From Myxococcota bacterium (GTDB taxonomy: Bacteria > Myxococcota_A > Polyangia > Nannocystales > Nannocystaceae): a stretch of DNA of 64,000 nucleotides. The DNA lies in contig JBCCHT010000032.1 of NCBI GenBank assembly GCA_039028615.1, positions 83,057 to 147,056 of the forward strand. The letters run 5' to 3'. Position 1 is the first letter of the stretch; every line of letters starts with the position of its first letter. Of the stretch, positions 18,795-28,437 are shown one piece after another. The translations under genes and the position numbers were made by a program. Under the pieces are notes generated by a model. That model made no database searches and had not been told where the DNA came from. It worked only from the letters and a program-made list of their open reading frames with translations.

Positions 18795-20183
18795 GTGAAT
18801 CCGCCTTCTGCATTTGCAGTCGGATTGCATGTAGTGGTCGTTTCGCTTCTTCCCTTGATGCTCCCTCTCGCCCTCGACTCTGGTCTCGCGGCCGCGTCGG
18901 ATGCCCATCACCATGGTGCTCATGGTCCGCGTCGCGCTGCGACACCGCGGCCTGCGGCCCGTGGAAAGCTCCGGTCTCGAGGGCACAAGGGACCTACGGC
19001 TCATGCGAAGGGCAAGACCAAGACGTCCAAGGGGCGTCGCGGTCGGCTCCGCAAGAGGTCTCATCTCCACCGCGAGCACGATGACCGGTTCATCGGCGTG
19101 CGTCGCAAGCTGAAGGCCGATCGTTCCGGCAGCAGCGGTCCCCTCACCGTGTATCTCAACGGCAAGGGCGGTCGAGTCTACGGTGGTCACGAGGACGCAC
19201 CTTCGAATCGCTCGAGCATCGTGTGGTCGGAGGGCAGCTCCTCGGTCGTCATCCCGGCGTACTCGGGCAGCTCCACCAGCTGGCGCTCGATGGTCCGCTG
19301 CGTGCAGGGGCACTTCGGAGACTACGAGGTCAACATCACCGACCAGCGCCCGGCCCGGGGCTCGTACATCATGATGATGGTCGGTGGTCGAGGCTCCGTG
19401 CTCGGGTACTCCGACTCGGTCGCCGGGGTGGCTCCGTACACGGGCGGGGTGGTGGACGACGCCGTCGGCTTCGTGTTCTCCCAGACCATGGGTAACCACG
19501 CCGACGGGGTCTGCGAGACCACGGCCCACGAGATCGGCCATACCCTCGGCCTCGATCACACCTACCACTGCTCGGACCTGATGAGCTACGAGCACTGCGG
19601 CGAGAAGTCGTTCGTCGATCGCAACATGCCCTGCGGGGAGTGGGACACGCGAACCTGTTCCAACGGTCGCTCGCGCCAGAACTCGCACGGTGTGCTGGCC
19701 AAGAACCTGGGGCTGCGGACGTCTCGGCCCGAGCCGACCTCACCCGGCCCCGAGCCTCGGCCCCGCCCCGAGCCTCCGGTCGTACCGACCGATACCCGGG
19801 CGCCGCGGATCACCATGCACTCCGCGGGCGGATCGGAGTTCGAGGCCGAGTCCATCTTCGTCGTGCAGTTCGACGTGACCGACGAGAGCGGCCTGCAGAG
19901 CCTGGAGCTGCTGTGGCGAGCCAACGGCAAGACCGAGGTCTATCGCTGTAGCGAGCTGCCCGCTCACCTCCCCATCGAGTGCGGCATGGTCGGCAACAGC
20001 TACGCCTTTGCCCTGCTCGTGGGAGAGGGTCTGCGCAAGTACGCGGTGCGAGTCACCGACGAGGCCGGCAACCGAGCGACCACGCGCTGGCGCCAGGCGA
20101 ACTTCGTGCAGAGCGAGCCCACCTGGGAGGACGAGTGGGACGACGGCTGGGATGACGGCTGGGACGACGACGAGTGTTACTGA
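18795..20183 (+). CDS. Secreted metzincin zinc metalloprotease (matrixin-like) with C-terminal Ig-like domain
   Basis: HEIGHTLGLDH zinc motif followed by the DLMSY Met-turn; Pro-rich linker; DTRAP...VTDESG...VTDEAGN Ig-like segment. Confidence 0.85.
   Translation: MNPPSAFAVGLHVVVVSLLPLMLPLALDSGLAAASDAHHHGAHGPRRAATPRPAARGKLRSRGHKGPTAHAKGKTKTSKGRRGRLRKRSHLHREHDDRFIGVRRKLKADRSGSSGPLTVYLNGKGGRVYGGHEDAPSNRSSIVWSEGSSSVVIPAYSGSSTSWRSMVRCVQGHFGDYEVNITDQRPARGSYIMMMVGGRGSVLGYSDSVAGVAPYTGGVVDDAVGFVFSQTMGNHADGVCETTAHEIGHTLGLDHTYHCSDLMSYEHCGEKSFVDRNMPCGEWDTRTCSNGRSRQNSHGVLAKNLGLRTSRPEPTSPGPEPRPRPEPPVVPTDTRAPRITMHSAGGSEFEAESIFVVQFDVTDESGLQSLELLWRANGKTEVYRCSELPAHLPIECGMVGNSYAFALLVGEGLRKYAVRVTDEAGNRATTRWRQANFVQSEPTWEDEWDDGWDDGWDDDECY
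20124..20171 (+). repeat. 12-bp tandem repeat x4 encoding WEDE-WDDG-WDDG-WDDD
   Basis: tgggaggacgag tgggacgacggc tgggatgacggc tgggacgacgac. Confidence 0.85.
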
Positions 20184-20199
20184 GTCGGGGACCGGATAC

Positions 20200-20241
20200 G
20201 ACCGTGCCGGTGGTCATTGGGAGACGACCACCGGCACGGTC
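20200..20241 (+). terminator. Perfect 16-bp stem-loop after the metalloprotease gene
   Basis: gaccgtgccggtggtc, 10-nt loop, gaccaccggcacggtc. No U-tract. Confidence 0.6.
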
Positions 20242-20404
20242 AGCCGGGGTGAACGAAGGCTGCCGCGGAAAATTTTCGTGACCGCGGCGTCAGCCCGAAG
20301 CCACAACTCGAAGACCACCTGAGCCCGCGATTGATGCATCTGTGCCGCTGCGGGAAGCATTCGATCATCTGCCAGGGGGAGTAACGCTGTGATAGCCCAA
20401 TCGA

Positions 20405-21298
20405 GTGCGACTGACGGTGTTGACCTTGGCTTCGCTCGTGCTCGCGGCGGGTTGTTTCTCCCCTCAAACATCCGAGTCCTCGGAAGGATCCACGGGTGAG
20501 CAAGGCACGACGAGCGGTGGTGATAGTTCGGGGGCGGTGACCCCGGAGGCGACCACCGCTCCCAGTGCGGAAGAGTCGACCTCTGCGGTCGACGATGGGA
20601 CCACCGCGGTGGCGACCACCGAGGAGGCCGAGTCGTCCTCGGGCTCGGACTGCGAAGGGGAGGACTGCGAGACCTGCCTCGAGGGCATGCGCCGCTGCCT
20701 CGACGCCAACACGCCCGAGCGCTGCAACGCGGTCGGGGTGTGGGAGCCCGAGCCCGACTGCGAGGGGGACGCCCCAGTCTGCGACGAGGGGGTCTGTCAG
20801 TGTGAAGAGGCCGCCCACGAGTGCCTCGGGGCGCAGCTCATGCGGACCTGTACCGACGGGGCCTGGGTCGAAGACACCTGCACCAATCCCACGCCGTACT
20901 GCGAAGATACGGTCGGCGAGTGCGTGACCACCCACTCGGCGGGCGGGGCAATCTCGTGCGACGTGCCCACCGATCTCGTGTGCACGGGCGGCGAGGTGTG
21001 CTGCTGGTTCGACAATCCCGACAGCCACGAGTGCACGACCGTGGCCGGGTGTCCGCAGCAGCCGGGGACCTCCAATCGCTTCGAGTGCGACGGCCACGCA
21101 GATTGCCCTGGCGGTCAGTCGTGCTGCCTGCGGAGCAACCCGGGCGGGCGCTCTTCGTCGTGCGGTGAGGCGTCGTCCTGCACCTCGTCGATCTACTTCG
21201 CCGCCATCGTGTGTGATCCCGACGGAGACGATTGCGAGGCGGGGGAGACCTGCACGGCGACCAACGAGTTCTACCCGGATGTCTACTACTGCACGTAG
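20405..21298 (+). CDS. Cys-rich lipoprotein
   Basis: Lipobox LAAGC, S/T/E/G linker, many Cys-rich modules. Confidence 0.8.
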   Translation: MRLTVLTLASLVLAAGCFSPQTSESSEGSTGEQGTTSGGDSSGAVTPEATTAPSAEESTSAVDDGTTAVATTEEAESSSGSDCEGEDCETCLEGMRRCLDANTPERCNAVGVWEPEPDCEGDAPVCDEGVCQCEEAAHECLGAQLMRTCTDGAWVEDTCTNPTPYCEDTVGECVTTHSAGGAISCDVPTDLVCTGGEVCCWFDNPDSHECTTVAGCPQQPGTSNRFECDGHADCPGGQSCCLRSNPGGRSSSCGEASSCTSSIYFAAIVCDPDGDDCEAGETCTATNEFYPDVYYCT

Positions 21299-21623
21299 GC
21301 TGCGGCGCGGATCCGTGCCCTGTCCCCGAGTCGTGCGATGACACGACCGGGCCGGGGCATCGGCGGGTGACGATCTCGAAACCGAGCACGGTGTGTGCCG
21401 TCACAGAGGACCCGTCGCGGACCGGAAGGGCTCGAGGGATGCCTCCTGACATCGAAGCCGCAGACTGGCCACCAACGCAAGGCCTGGCGGCGGTCGTCGG
21501 GCGCGGCCGGACAACGTGCGCATCATGAATCGCAGTGGATCGAAGGACGCGCCCCGAGGGCTCCATTCGCCCTACATCGAGCCCGCACGTGCCCATGGCT
21601 TGCGCTCTTCGGCTCGCAATGCA

Positions 21624-22559
21624 ATGACCCGAACCATGGGGGGAATGCACTGGGGGGCCGCGGGAGCGCTGCTCTTCGTGGGGATGAGCTCGGGCTGCGT
21701 CCGGGCGAATCCGAAGTACGACGTGCAAGGGCTCGAGGCCGCGGTCGACGACGACGGTGGGTCGGAATCCGGGTCGGCATCGACGGGCTCCGACGAGGTC
21801 GGAGGCGATGCGGGCAGCGCGGGGACCGAGCCGGGCGCGACCTCGGGGGGCACCTCTGCCGGGTCCGACGAGGACTCCGGGGGCATCCCGATCCCCGACC
21901 CCGATGACCCCGATCTCATGCTCTACGCATCGCTCGACTCGCTCGCGAGCGTGCAGTCGCCGGAAGTCGGCGTCGGGTCGGGCATGGTCGGCGCGGTGGC
22001 ACCCGAGCAAGTCGAGTCGCCGGTCGGCTTCGGGCTTCGCTCCGTCCTTCCCACGCAGTGGTTCGCCTTTCCGCAGCACGATGGCCAGGTCGCCAACATC
22101 GACCACGCCGCCGGCTCGCTGTCGATGTTCTTGCTCTCCGAGGCGACCCAGGTCGACATCGGGGGCGCCGCCCTGTTCAGCCTCGCCGGGGTGATTCCCG
22201 ACGGCGGCGGCCTGCGCATGGCCACGACTGGGCCGCTCGAGGGGAACGAGATCATCGTCGACTACTACGACATCGACGGGCAGAACCACCGCACCTACTA
22301 CCCCGGGTCGGTGTTGCCCCCGGGCGCTTGGGTTCGCCTGGAGCTCGACTGGCGTGCCGACGTCGGCGTCGACGAGCACAACATCGAGCTGTGGATCGAC
22401 GGCGAGTGGATCGAGCCGCTGCCGGGCTCGGCCACCGGCCCCATGGAGGTCGGGCCCGCTTCGGCCAAAGACGTCATGATCTTCGGCTCGTGGCTTCTGG
22501 GTGGGGGAATCTCTGCCCGTGCCCGCTTCGACGAGATCGAGATCTACTCCGGGCTCTAG
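21624..22559 (+). CDS. Lipoprotein with LamG/concanavalin-A-like beta-sandwich
   Basis: SSGC lipobox, low-complexity linker, GSLSMF...WVRLELDW...LWIDG...FDEIEIY pattern. Confidence 0.7.
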   Translation: MTRTMGGMHWGAAGALLFVGMSSGCVRANPKYDVQGLEAAVDDDGGSESGSASTGSDEVGGDAGSAGTEPGATSGGTSAGSDEDSGGIPIPDPDDPDLMLYASLDSLASVQSPEVGVGSGMVGAVAPEQVESPVGFGLRSVLPTQWFAFPQHDGQVANIDHAAGSLSMFLLSEATQVDIGGAALFSLAGVIPDGGGLRMATTGPLEGNEIIVDYYDIDGQNHRTYYPGSVLPPGAWVRLELDWRADVGVDEHNIELWIDGEWIEPLPGSATGPMEVGPASAKDVMIFGSWLLGGGISARARFDEIEIYSGL

Positions 22560-22685
22560 CGCTCGGAAACACCGATTTCCCGCCGCAGGAGGGAATCGGT
22601 AAAAAGTGTGATCCGGACGGCCCTGGTCGGTCACAGGACGGTCGAGACCCAGCGTGGATCTCGACCTCCAGTGAAGGACATCGCC

Positions 22686-23843
22686 GTGGACACCTCGACT
22701 CTCCGAAACCGCCTGCTCACCCTCGCCGCCCTGCCCCTGGTGCTCGCCGCCGGATGTGGAGGTGACTCGGCGGGCTCCGATACCGACGCCGCCAACGAGG
22801 ACGGCAGCACCGGGGAAGTGGCGACGACCGAGCCCGGCGAGGACCCCACGGGCAGCACGCCGCCCTCTACCACGGGAGACGACTCCACGGGGGACGACCC
22901 CACGGGCGGGGCCGACGACGACTCGATGGCCGACTCGACCAGCACGGGCGAGCTCGAGGACGACACGGGCAGCGGCGACACCGTCGGGGCCGAGGCCCCG
23001 AGCATCGAAGAGACCAGCCCCGCCGATGGGGACGACGCCGTCACGGCCGACACCGCGCTCGTGGTGCGCTTCAGCGAGCCGATGGACATGGTCTCCGTGC
23101 AGCAGGCCTACCAATCCGCGGACATCCCCGCCGCGTCCGTGACCTTCGAGTGGAACGAGGCCGGGGACGAACTCACCGTGATCCCGAACGAAGAGCTGCC
23201 CTACGCGTTCGGCCAGAACCCGGCCACCGTGGCCGCCAACGCGTTCTCGTACACCATCAGCACCGTGGCCGAGTCGGCCGAGGGCGTGGCGCTCGAGGAG
23301 CCGGTGGAGGTCTCGTTCACCACCTTGCGCCGCATCTCCCAGCACTTCGAGCGCGACGAGACGCTCAGCGCCCAGATGCGCGACGACGGGTTCCTCGGCT
23401 TGCAGCCCTATATCGGGGACTACACGCTCGACGAGGCGACCCGCCGCTACCTGCTGACCTTCGACCTGAGCTCCGTGCCCTCGGAGGTCACCGCCATCGA
23501 GCAGGCCGACTTCTTCGCCGCGTGGGCCTCCGACCTGGGTGATCCGTGGATCAGCCTGGGGGGCGTGCTCTACCGCCAGGTGAGCTACGAGAACCTGGTG
23601 CCCGCGACCTTCAACGGTCCCGCGCACACCGACAACTACGCGCTGTTCGTCAGCGAGAGCAACTTCGTGTCCATCGACGTGAGCTCCGAGCTGCAGTCCG
23701 TGCTCGACGATCCCGGCACCTTCGACGATCGCCTGCAGTTCCGCCTGCGCTGGGCCATCGAGAACAACCTCGACATGGACCACGACGGGCTGACCTTGAA
23801 CGAGGACCTGCTCGAGCTGGACCTCGTGTACCTGACGCCCTAG
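22686..23843 (+). CDS. Lipoprotein with bacterial Ig-like (Big_5-type) domain and a C-terminal beta domain
   Basis: AAGGA RBS before the GTG; LAAGC; TSPADG...VRFSEPMD...SFTT; LTFDLSSVP. Confidence 0.8.
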   Translation: MDTSTLRNRLLTLAALPLVLAAGCGGDSAGSDTDAANEDGSTGEVATTEPGEDPTGSTPPSTTGDDSTGDDPTGGADDDSMADSTSTGELEDDTGSGDTVGAEAPSIEETSPADGDDAVTADTALVVRFSEPMDMVSVQQAYQSADIPAASVTFEWNEAGDELTVIPNEELPYAFGQNPATVAANAFSYTISTVAESAEGVALEEPVEVSFTTLRRISQHFERDETLSAQMRDDGFLGLQPYIGDYTLDEATRRYLLTFDLSSVPSEVTAIEQADFFAAWASDLGDPWISLGGVLYRQVSYENLVPATFNGPAHTDNYALFVSESNFVSIDVSSELQSVLDDPGTFDDRLQFRLRWAIENNLDMDHDGLTLNEDLLELDLVYLTP

Positions 23844-23995
23844 GTCCGCTTCGCTCCATCTCGCGCATCGGTGAGGCTCCGTGCCCCGATGCGCGAGCGT
23901 TTTTCGAAGGGCCGTGGGATTCGTCTCTTGCCGGGGGCGTGGGCCCCGGTCGAGCGTGTCGGCCGCATTGATAGACTCGCCGCGGCGACCCACGC

Positions 23996-25351
23996 ATGAC
24001 CGCTCGACGACTGATCTGTATTGCTGCGATTTTGGGAGGGGGCTGCGTCCCCGAGGTGCCCGTGTTGCCCGTCGACGACTCCGGCGGAAGCACGGCCGCG
24101 GCCGATTCCAGCGCATCGGCCCCGACCGACACCGGGTCGCCGACCAGCGCGGACTCGACCGCGGCCGACGGGGAGGACACGTCGACCTCGACCTCCGGCG
24201 ACACGGAGGCGACCGATACCTCGGACACCGAGACCGTCGATTTTTGTGGTCGCCCCGAGCCCGCGTTCGCGTTCGCCGAGCCCGAGGTCTACGAGGCGCC
24301 GCCTGGAGCCGAGACCTTCACGGAGATCGCCATCGGGGACATCGTCGCCGGCCAACCGGTGGCCACCGATCTCGCGGTCAAGGACACGGTCACGCCGAGC
24401 ATTCTCGTCTACCGCGGGCAGGGCATGATGTCCGGCTTCGTTTTCGAGGGGGCGGTGCCCCTGGTCGACAACGCCAGCGGCGTGACCATTGCCGAACTCG
24501 ACGAGAAGGCGCCCGCGGAACTCATCGTGCTCGACCGCGGGAACTGGGCGATCTACGACGACGTGGGTCCGGGCGCGATGCCCATCGCCGCCGGCTCGCT
24601 GCCGAAGGGGGTCACCGACTCCTCCTCGATCATCGCCGCGGACGTGTTCGGTGACGACACGCCGGAGATCGCGATCCATGCGGGCACCGACAGCCCGGAT
24701 TCGCTGTGGGTGCTCTCGGATCCCCTGGGCAGTGCCCAGATCGACGGGCCCTTTGCGGCCGGGAACGACTCGGTTCGACGCCTGCGCTCGGGCGACATCG
24801 ACGGGGACGGTCGGACCGATCTGCTGGTGGTGCATCCCGGCTGGGACGGAGCCGTGCCCGGGGTCGACATCGCCTACAACCGCAGCGACGCGGCGCCGGC
24901 CTTCGATGTGGTGCCGCTGACGACGGCGGTCACCCCGACCTCCGTGGTTGCTCGCGACCTCAACGGGGACGGGCGGGACGACCTGGTGCTCACCCACGCG
25001 GGGACGAAGATCGGCGACCGCCTGCCCGATCCGCTGCACGTCTACTTGGCCAACAAAAACGGCGATCTGGTGCTTCAGACCCCGATCGTGGAGTGGTCGA
25101 CGGCCATCGCCATCGATGCGGGGGACTTCAACTGCGACGGTCACCAAGATCTCGTCGTCGCGTTGCTCGACGAGCTGGTGTTCATCGCCGGAGACGGAGC
25201 CGGCGGCTTCGACCCGACGGACAGCCACTCGATCGAGCTCGGGGCCATCGTCGGCGACCTGAGGGTTCACGACTTCAACCTCGACGGTCGGCCCGACGTC
25301 GTCGCGGGCTTCGCCGACGATCCGGTCGTCTACTATTTCGAGTCCGCGTAG
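23996..25351 (+). CDS. FG-GAP/VCBS repeat lipoprotein
   Basis: GGGC lipobox; repeated GDIDGDGRTDL, RDLNGDGRDDL, GDFNCDGHQDL, DFNLDGRPDV. Confidence 0.9.
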   Translation: MTARRLICIAAILGGGCVPEVPVLPVDDSGGSTAAADSSASAPTDTGSPTSADSTAADGEDTSTSTSGDTEATDTSDTETVDFCGRPEPAFAFAEPEVYEAPPGAETFTEIAIGDIVAGQPVATDLAVKDTVTPSILVYRGQGMMSGFVFEGAVPLVDNASGVTIAELDEKAPAELIVLDRGNWAIYDDVGPGAMPIAAGSLPKGVTDSSSIIAADVFGDDTPEIAIHAGTDSPDSLWVLSDPLGSAQIDGPFAAGNDSVRRLRSGDIDGDGRTDLLVVHPGWDGAVPGVDIAYNRSDAAPAFDVVPLTTAVTPTSVVARDLNGDGRDDLVLTHAGTKIGDRLPDPLHVYLANKNGDLVLQTPIVEWSTAIAIDAGDFNCDGHQDLVVALLDELVFIAGDGAGGFDPTDSHSIELGAIVGDLRVHDFNLDGRPDVVAGFADDPVVYYFESA

Positions 25352-25474
25352 GTCGTCGTCCGCAGGTGCGCAGCGCCCGTGGGCTGGGGCATGCGCTCAC
25401 ATTGAACGGCCGACGACCACATGTCGAAGCGGGCGCGATCTGGCCACACATGCGTGTGGAGGTGGTCGCGGTCG

Positions 25475-26362
25475 CTACTTGGTCCGGCGATCGTCGATCG
25501 ACGAGAGCGCGTTTGTGAACCCGGCGGAGGACAAGGTCTCCGCGGCGCGGGCCCGGTGATAGGCCTGCTGGATCCGAAAGTGGATCGCCTTGTTGAGCCT
25601 GATGAGCTCCGGCGAGGTATCGCGACCGAGCCGGGCGGGATCCCACTGTCGAGAGGCCCGATAGAACGCGTCGTCGATCTCGTGGAGGCTGGGGCGACCG
25701 TGTAGCTGGAGGACCGATAGATCGTCGCGCGCACCGAGCTCGCACAAAATGGCGCGGAGGCGACGTCGTTCGGCCTGCTCACGCTCGTAGCGATTGGGAG
25801 GCCGACGCACGGGGCGGGTGCCCACCTGGTAGCTCGGGGTCGGAGCCGCGGCGGGTCGCTGCGGTGGGGCAGGCTGCTCGGTTACGGCCCGGGCCTGCGC
25901 AATGATCCACTGAAGCGTGTTCTTGGCCTCTTGGGTGACGCCGTAGAACTGCACGCCGAACCCGGCCACGACCCCCGGAGCCGGCCTCACGATGCGCACG
26001 ACTTCGCCCTGGAAGCGAATCGTGCCCGAGCCGTCGGGGAGCAGCAGGTGCACGCCGACCCGACTACCGGTCTCGGGAGGCTCTTCGGTGCGGATGAAGA
26101 TGCCGTTGTTGCTGATGTCCTTGGTGTAAAGCTCGAGCAGCTCGGCCCAGCTCTCGAGCTCGACCTGGGCCGGCTCTTCGAGCGAGTACCGGGGCGCTCG
26201 TCGTCGTTCCTCGGGCGGGGGAACGAGGTTGCGAATGTCGAGCAGGCCAGACTGTGCGGCCTGGTCGTCCAAGATCTCGCTGACTCGATCGAGAGCCCAG
26301 GACAGAGAATCACCGGCGAGGGCATCGCCGGAGGGCGGTGGTTCGGGGCGGTCTTCGGGCAT
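25475..26362 (-). CDS. PilZ domain protein with C-terminal J-domain-like region
   Basis: RRAPR plus DISNNG c-di-GMP motifs, GFGVQF; C-terminal VLQL...EIDDAFYRASRQWDP...IQQAYH. Confidence 0.85.
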   Translation of the reverse strand: MPEDRPEPPPSGDALAGDSLSWALDRVSEILDDQAAQSGLLDIRNLVPPPEERRRAPRYSLEEPAQVELESWAELLELYTKDISNNGIFIRTEEPPETGSRVGVHLLLPDGSGTIRFQGEVVRIVRPAPGVVAGFGVQFYGVTQEAKNTLQWIIAQARAVTEQPAPPQRPAAAPTPSYQVGTRPVRRPPNRYEREQAERRRLRAILCELGARDDLSVLQLHGRPSLHEIDDAFYRASRQWDPARLGRDTSPELIRLNKAIHFRIQQAYHRARAAETLSSAGFTNALSSIDDRRTK

Positions 26363-26634
26363 GGAACTATCGGCGCAACTCGGATCGAAGTATGAGACCG
26401 AATCGACAGAGTGCCATGAACGGATCCGATTGAGGGTTGCCGGAGTGGGCCGTTCGCGGTCGACGGAGATCTCGATCGATGTGCCATGAAGAACAACGAA
26501 ACGACGTATGTATTGAGCGTTCGATCAGTCGAAGATCGGCGGCTTCGATCGGACGCCGCGGTACGTCGTTTTCGTGAGCGCGTCGGTTCGGGTGCGGGCG
26601 GGTACGAGATGCACGTGCACCTCGGGTGACGGCT

Positions 26635-28437
26635 CTACCGTGCCGCCTGATCCTGCGCGTCGATGTCCAGCGCCAGCGGTAGCTTGGCGGGCGGAATGGG
26701 CATCGTCGCGCCGACCGGGCCGAGCGGGTAGCGGATGATGCCGCGCTGGGTGACGAGCAGGAACACGATCGAGGGGTCGTCGACGGGGACGTCGAACTCG
26801 TAGCCGACGCGGACGGGGCGACCGTCGCCGTCGACGTCGTAGATGCGGATGAGCAGGCCGTCGAGGCTGACGGAGTCGCCCGCCGCGAAGGGGTGCTCGG
26901 GCCGACGGAAGAGCTTCTCCACCGGACCGGTGAGCATCGAGCCACCGACGACGTGCAGCTCGATGGAGTTGGCCCCGGTGCGCTTGAGCAGGTGCGGGCG
27001 CGGGGCCATGGACAACACCCACCACGAGCGCGGCAGGGGGTGACCCTCGAGCCAGCGCACGGTGGGCGGGTAGAGCAGCGACATCGGATCGCCGACGCTC
27101 AGCACGACGAGGCGCTGGTCGGCCACCTTCGCGTCGTCGACCTGCATGTTGAGCGAGGCCTGGCGCGTGCCTTCGTTGAGTCGGTGAATGGCGTGGGTCT
27201 CTTCGATGCCCCACAGCGGGGCGAGCACGACGTGGGCGAAGAGCAGCGCGGCGGCGAACAGCCCCCGCAGCAGGTTGAGCGGGCGCAGGCGCGTGTCGGG
27301 GTCACGCACGCGGTCCCAGGCATCGAGCAACAGTGCGGCGACCACCGCATGGCCGGCGAGCCCGGGAATCAGCAGCAGCCGCGCGGAGACGAAGGAGGAG
27401 GCGACCGGCAAGATGGCGAGCAGCGAGGCCACCAGTAGCCACGTCAGCCGCCCGCGCTGGGTCGGCGGCAAGGCCTTCCGCGCGCCGATCCACAGCGTGA
27501 TCACGATGGCGATGGCCACCGGTCCGAGCCACGCCTGGATGCGAATGTGCTCGGGGGTGATCGCGAGCTTCCCCGTGGGGATCGCCAGGAACATGTCGGC
27601 GACCAGCACGGGGATGCGCCATGACGCCATCTCCAGGTAGGCCATGGGCTCTCGCACGGGGTCGACGTAGACGCTGGAGCCGTGCGAGCCGAAGCCCATG
27701 CTGCGGTGAATCGCGACGTACACGAGGAACAGGCCGAGCAGGGGCACGAGGGCCCGCGCTCGCTCGCGCCGGGAACCCGGGCCACAGATGACCTCGTACA
27801 TCACGAAGAAGGGCAGGATGCACAGGGCGTACTCACCCCCGGAAAACGACAGCGCCAGGCCGAGCACGGCGAGCCAGCGTCCGCGTTTCCAGCCGTCCTC
27901 GCGGTGCCGGATATGGGCCCACAGCGCGAGGAAGGCAAAGGTGGCGGAGACGATCGCGTTGCGGTTGGCGAGCCAGCCGATGGGGTAGGTGTGGCACTCG
28001 TCGAGGGCGTACAGCAGCAGCGCGAGCAGGGCCCAGCGGGCGGGCAGCAGGCGCTGCAGCAGCAGGGCCCCGGCCATCAGCATCAGCGACCACCACAAAA
28101 GGGTGTGCACGTGGTGGCCGAGGGCGGCGAAGCCGAAGAGCTTCACGTCGACCCACATCAGCAGGCTCGACAAGGGGCGCAGGGCAGAGAGCTTGAGCTC
28201 GGGATGGGACCACCAGGCCAGGCTGCCGCGGCTCATCAGCGCGTGGACTTCTTCGGGCTCGCCCCGCGAGAACGAAAACAGGTCCCACGGGGCGCGCTCG
28301 GCCGGATAGGTGCCCTCGAGCATGGCGAGCTGAGCGAAGTCGTCCATGCCGAAGCCGACGAACAGCGACTCGGCCCGCAGGGCGAGACCGATGAACAGGA
28401 CGACGAGCGCCCAGATCCAGTAGCGCCGATCCTTCAC
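26635..28437 (-). CDS. Polytopic membrane protein, GT-C glycosyltransferase-like
   Basis: About 11 TM segments, DD in the first loop (GMDDF), RPLSS, WLANRN, GE after a TM, C-terminal soluble domain. Confidence 0.6.
   Translation of the reverse strand: MKDRRYWIWALVVLFIGLALRAESLFVGFGMDDFAQLAMLEGTYPAERAPWDLFSFSRGEPEEVHALMSRGSLAWWSHPELKLSALRPLSSLLMWVDVKLFGFAALGHHVHTLLWWSLMLMAGALLLQRLLPARWALLALLLYALDECHTYPIGWLANRNAIVSATFAFLALWAHIRHREDGWKRGRWLAVLGLALSFSGGEYALCILPFFVMYEVICGPGSRRERARALVPLLGLFLVYVAIHRSMGFGSHGSSVYVDPVREPMAYLEMASWRIPVLVADMFLAIPTGKLAITPEHIRIQAWLGPVAIAIVITLWIGARKALPPTQRGRLTWLLVASLLAILPVASSFVSARLLLIPGLAGHAVVAALLLDAWDRVRDPDTRLRPLNLLRGLFAAALLFAHVVLAPLWGIEETHAIHRLNEGTRQASLNMQVDDAKVADQRLVVLSVGDPMSLLYPPTVRWLEGHPLPRSWWVLSMAPRPHLLKRTGANSIELHVVGGSMLTGPVEKLFRRPEHPFAAGDSVSLDGLLIRIYDVDGDGRPVRVGYEFDVPVDDPSIVFLLVTQRGIIRYPLGPVGATMPIPPAKLPLALDIDAQDQAAR

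Noticed and set aside
20838..24116. 1092 aa minus-strand ORF
   Set aside because: Shadow of the lipoprotein array.
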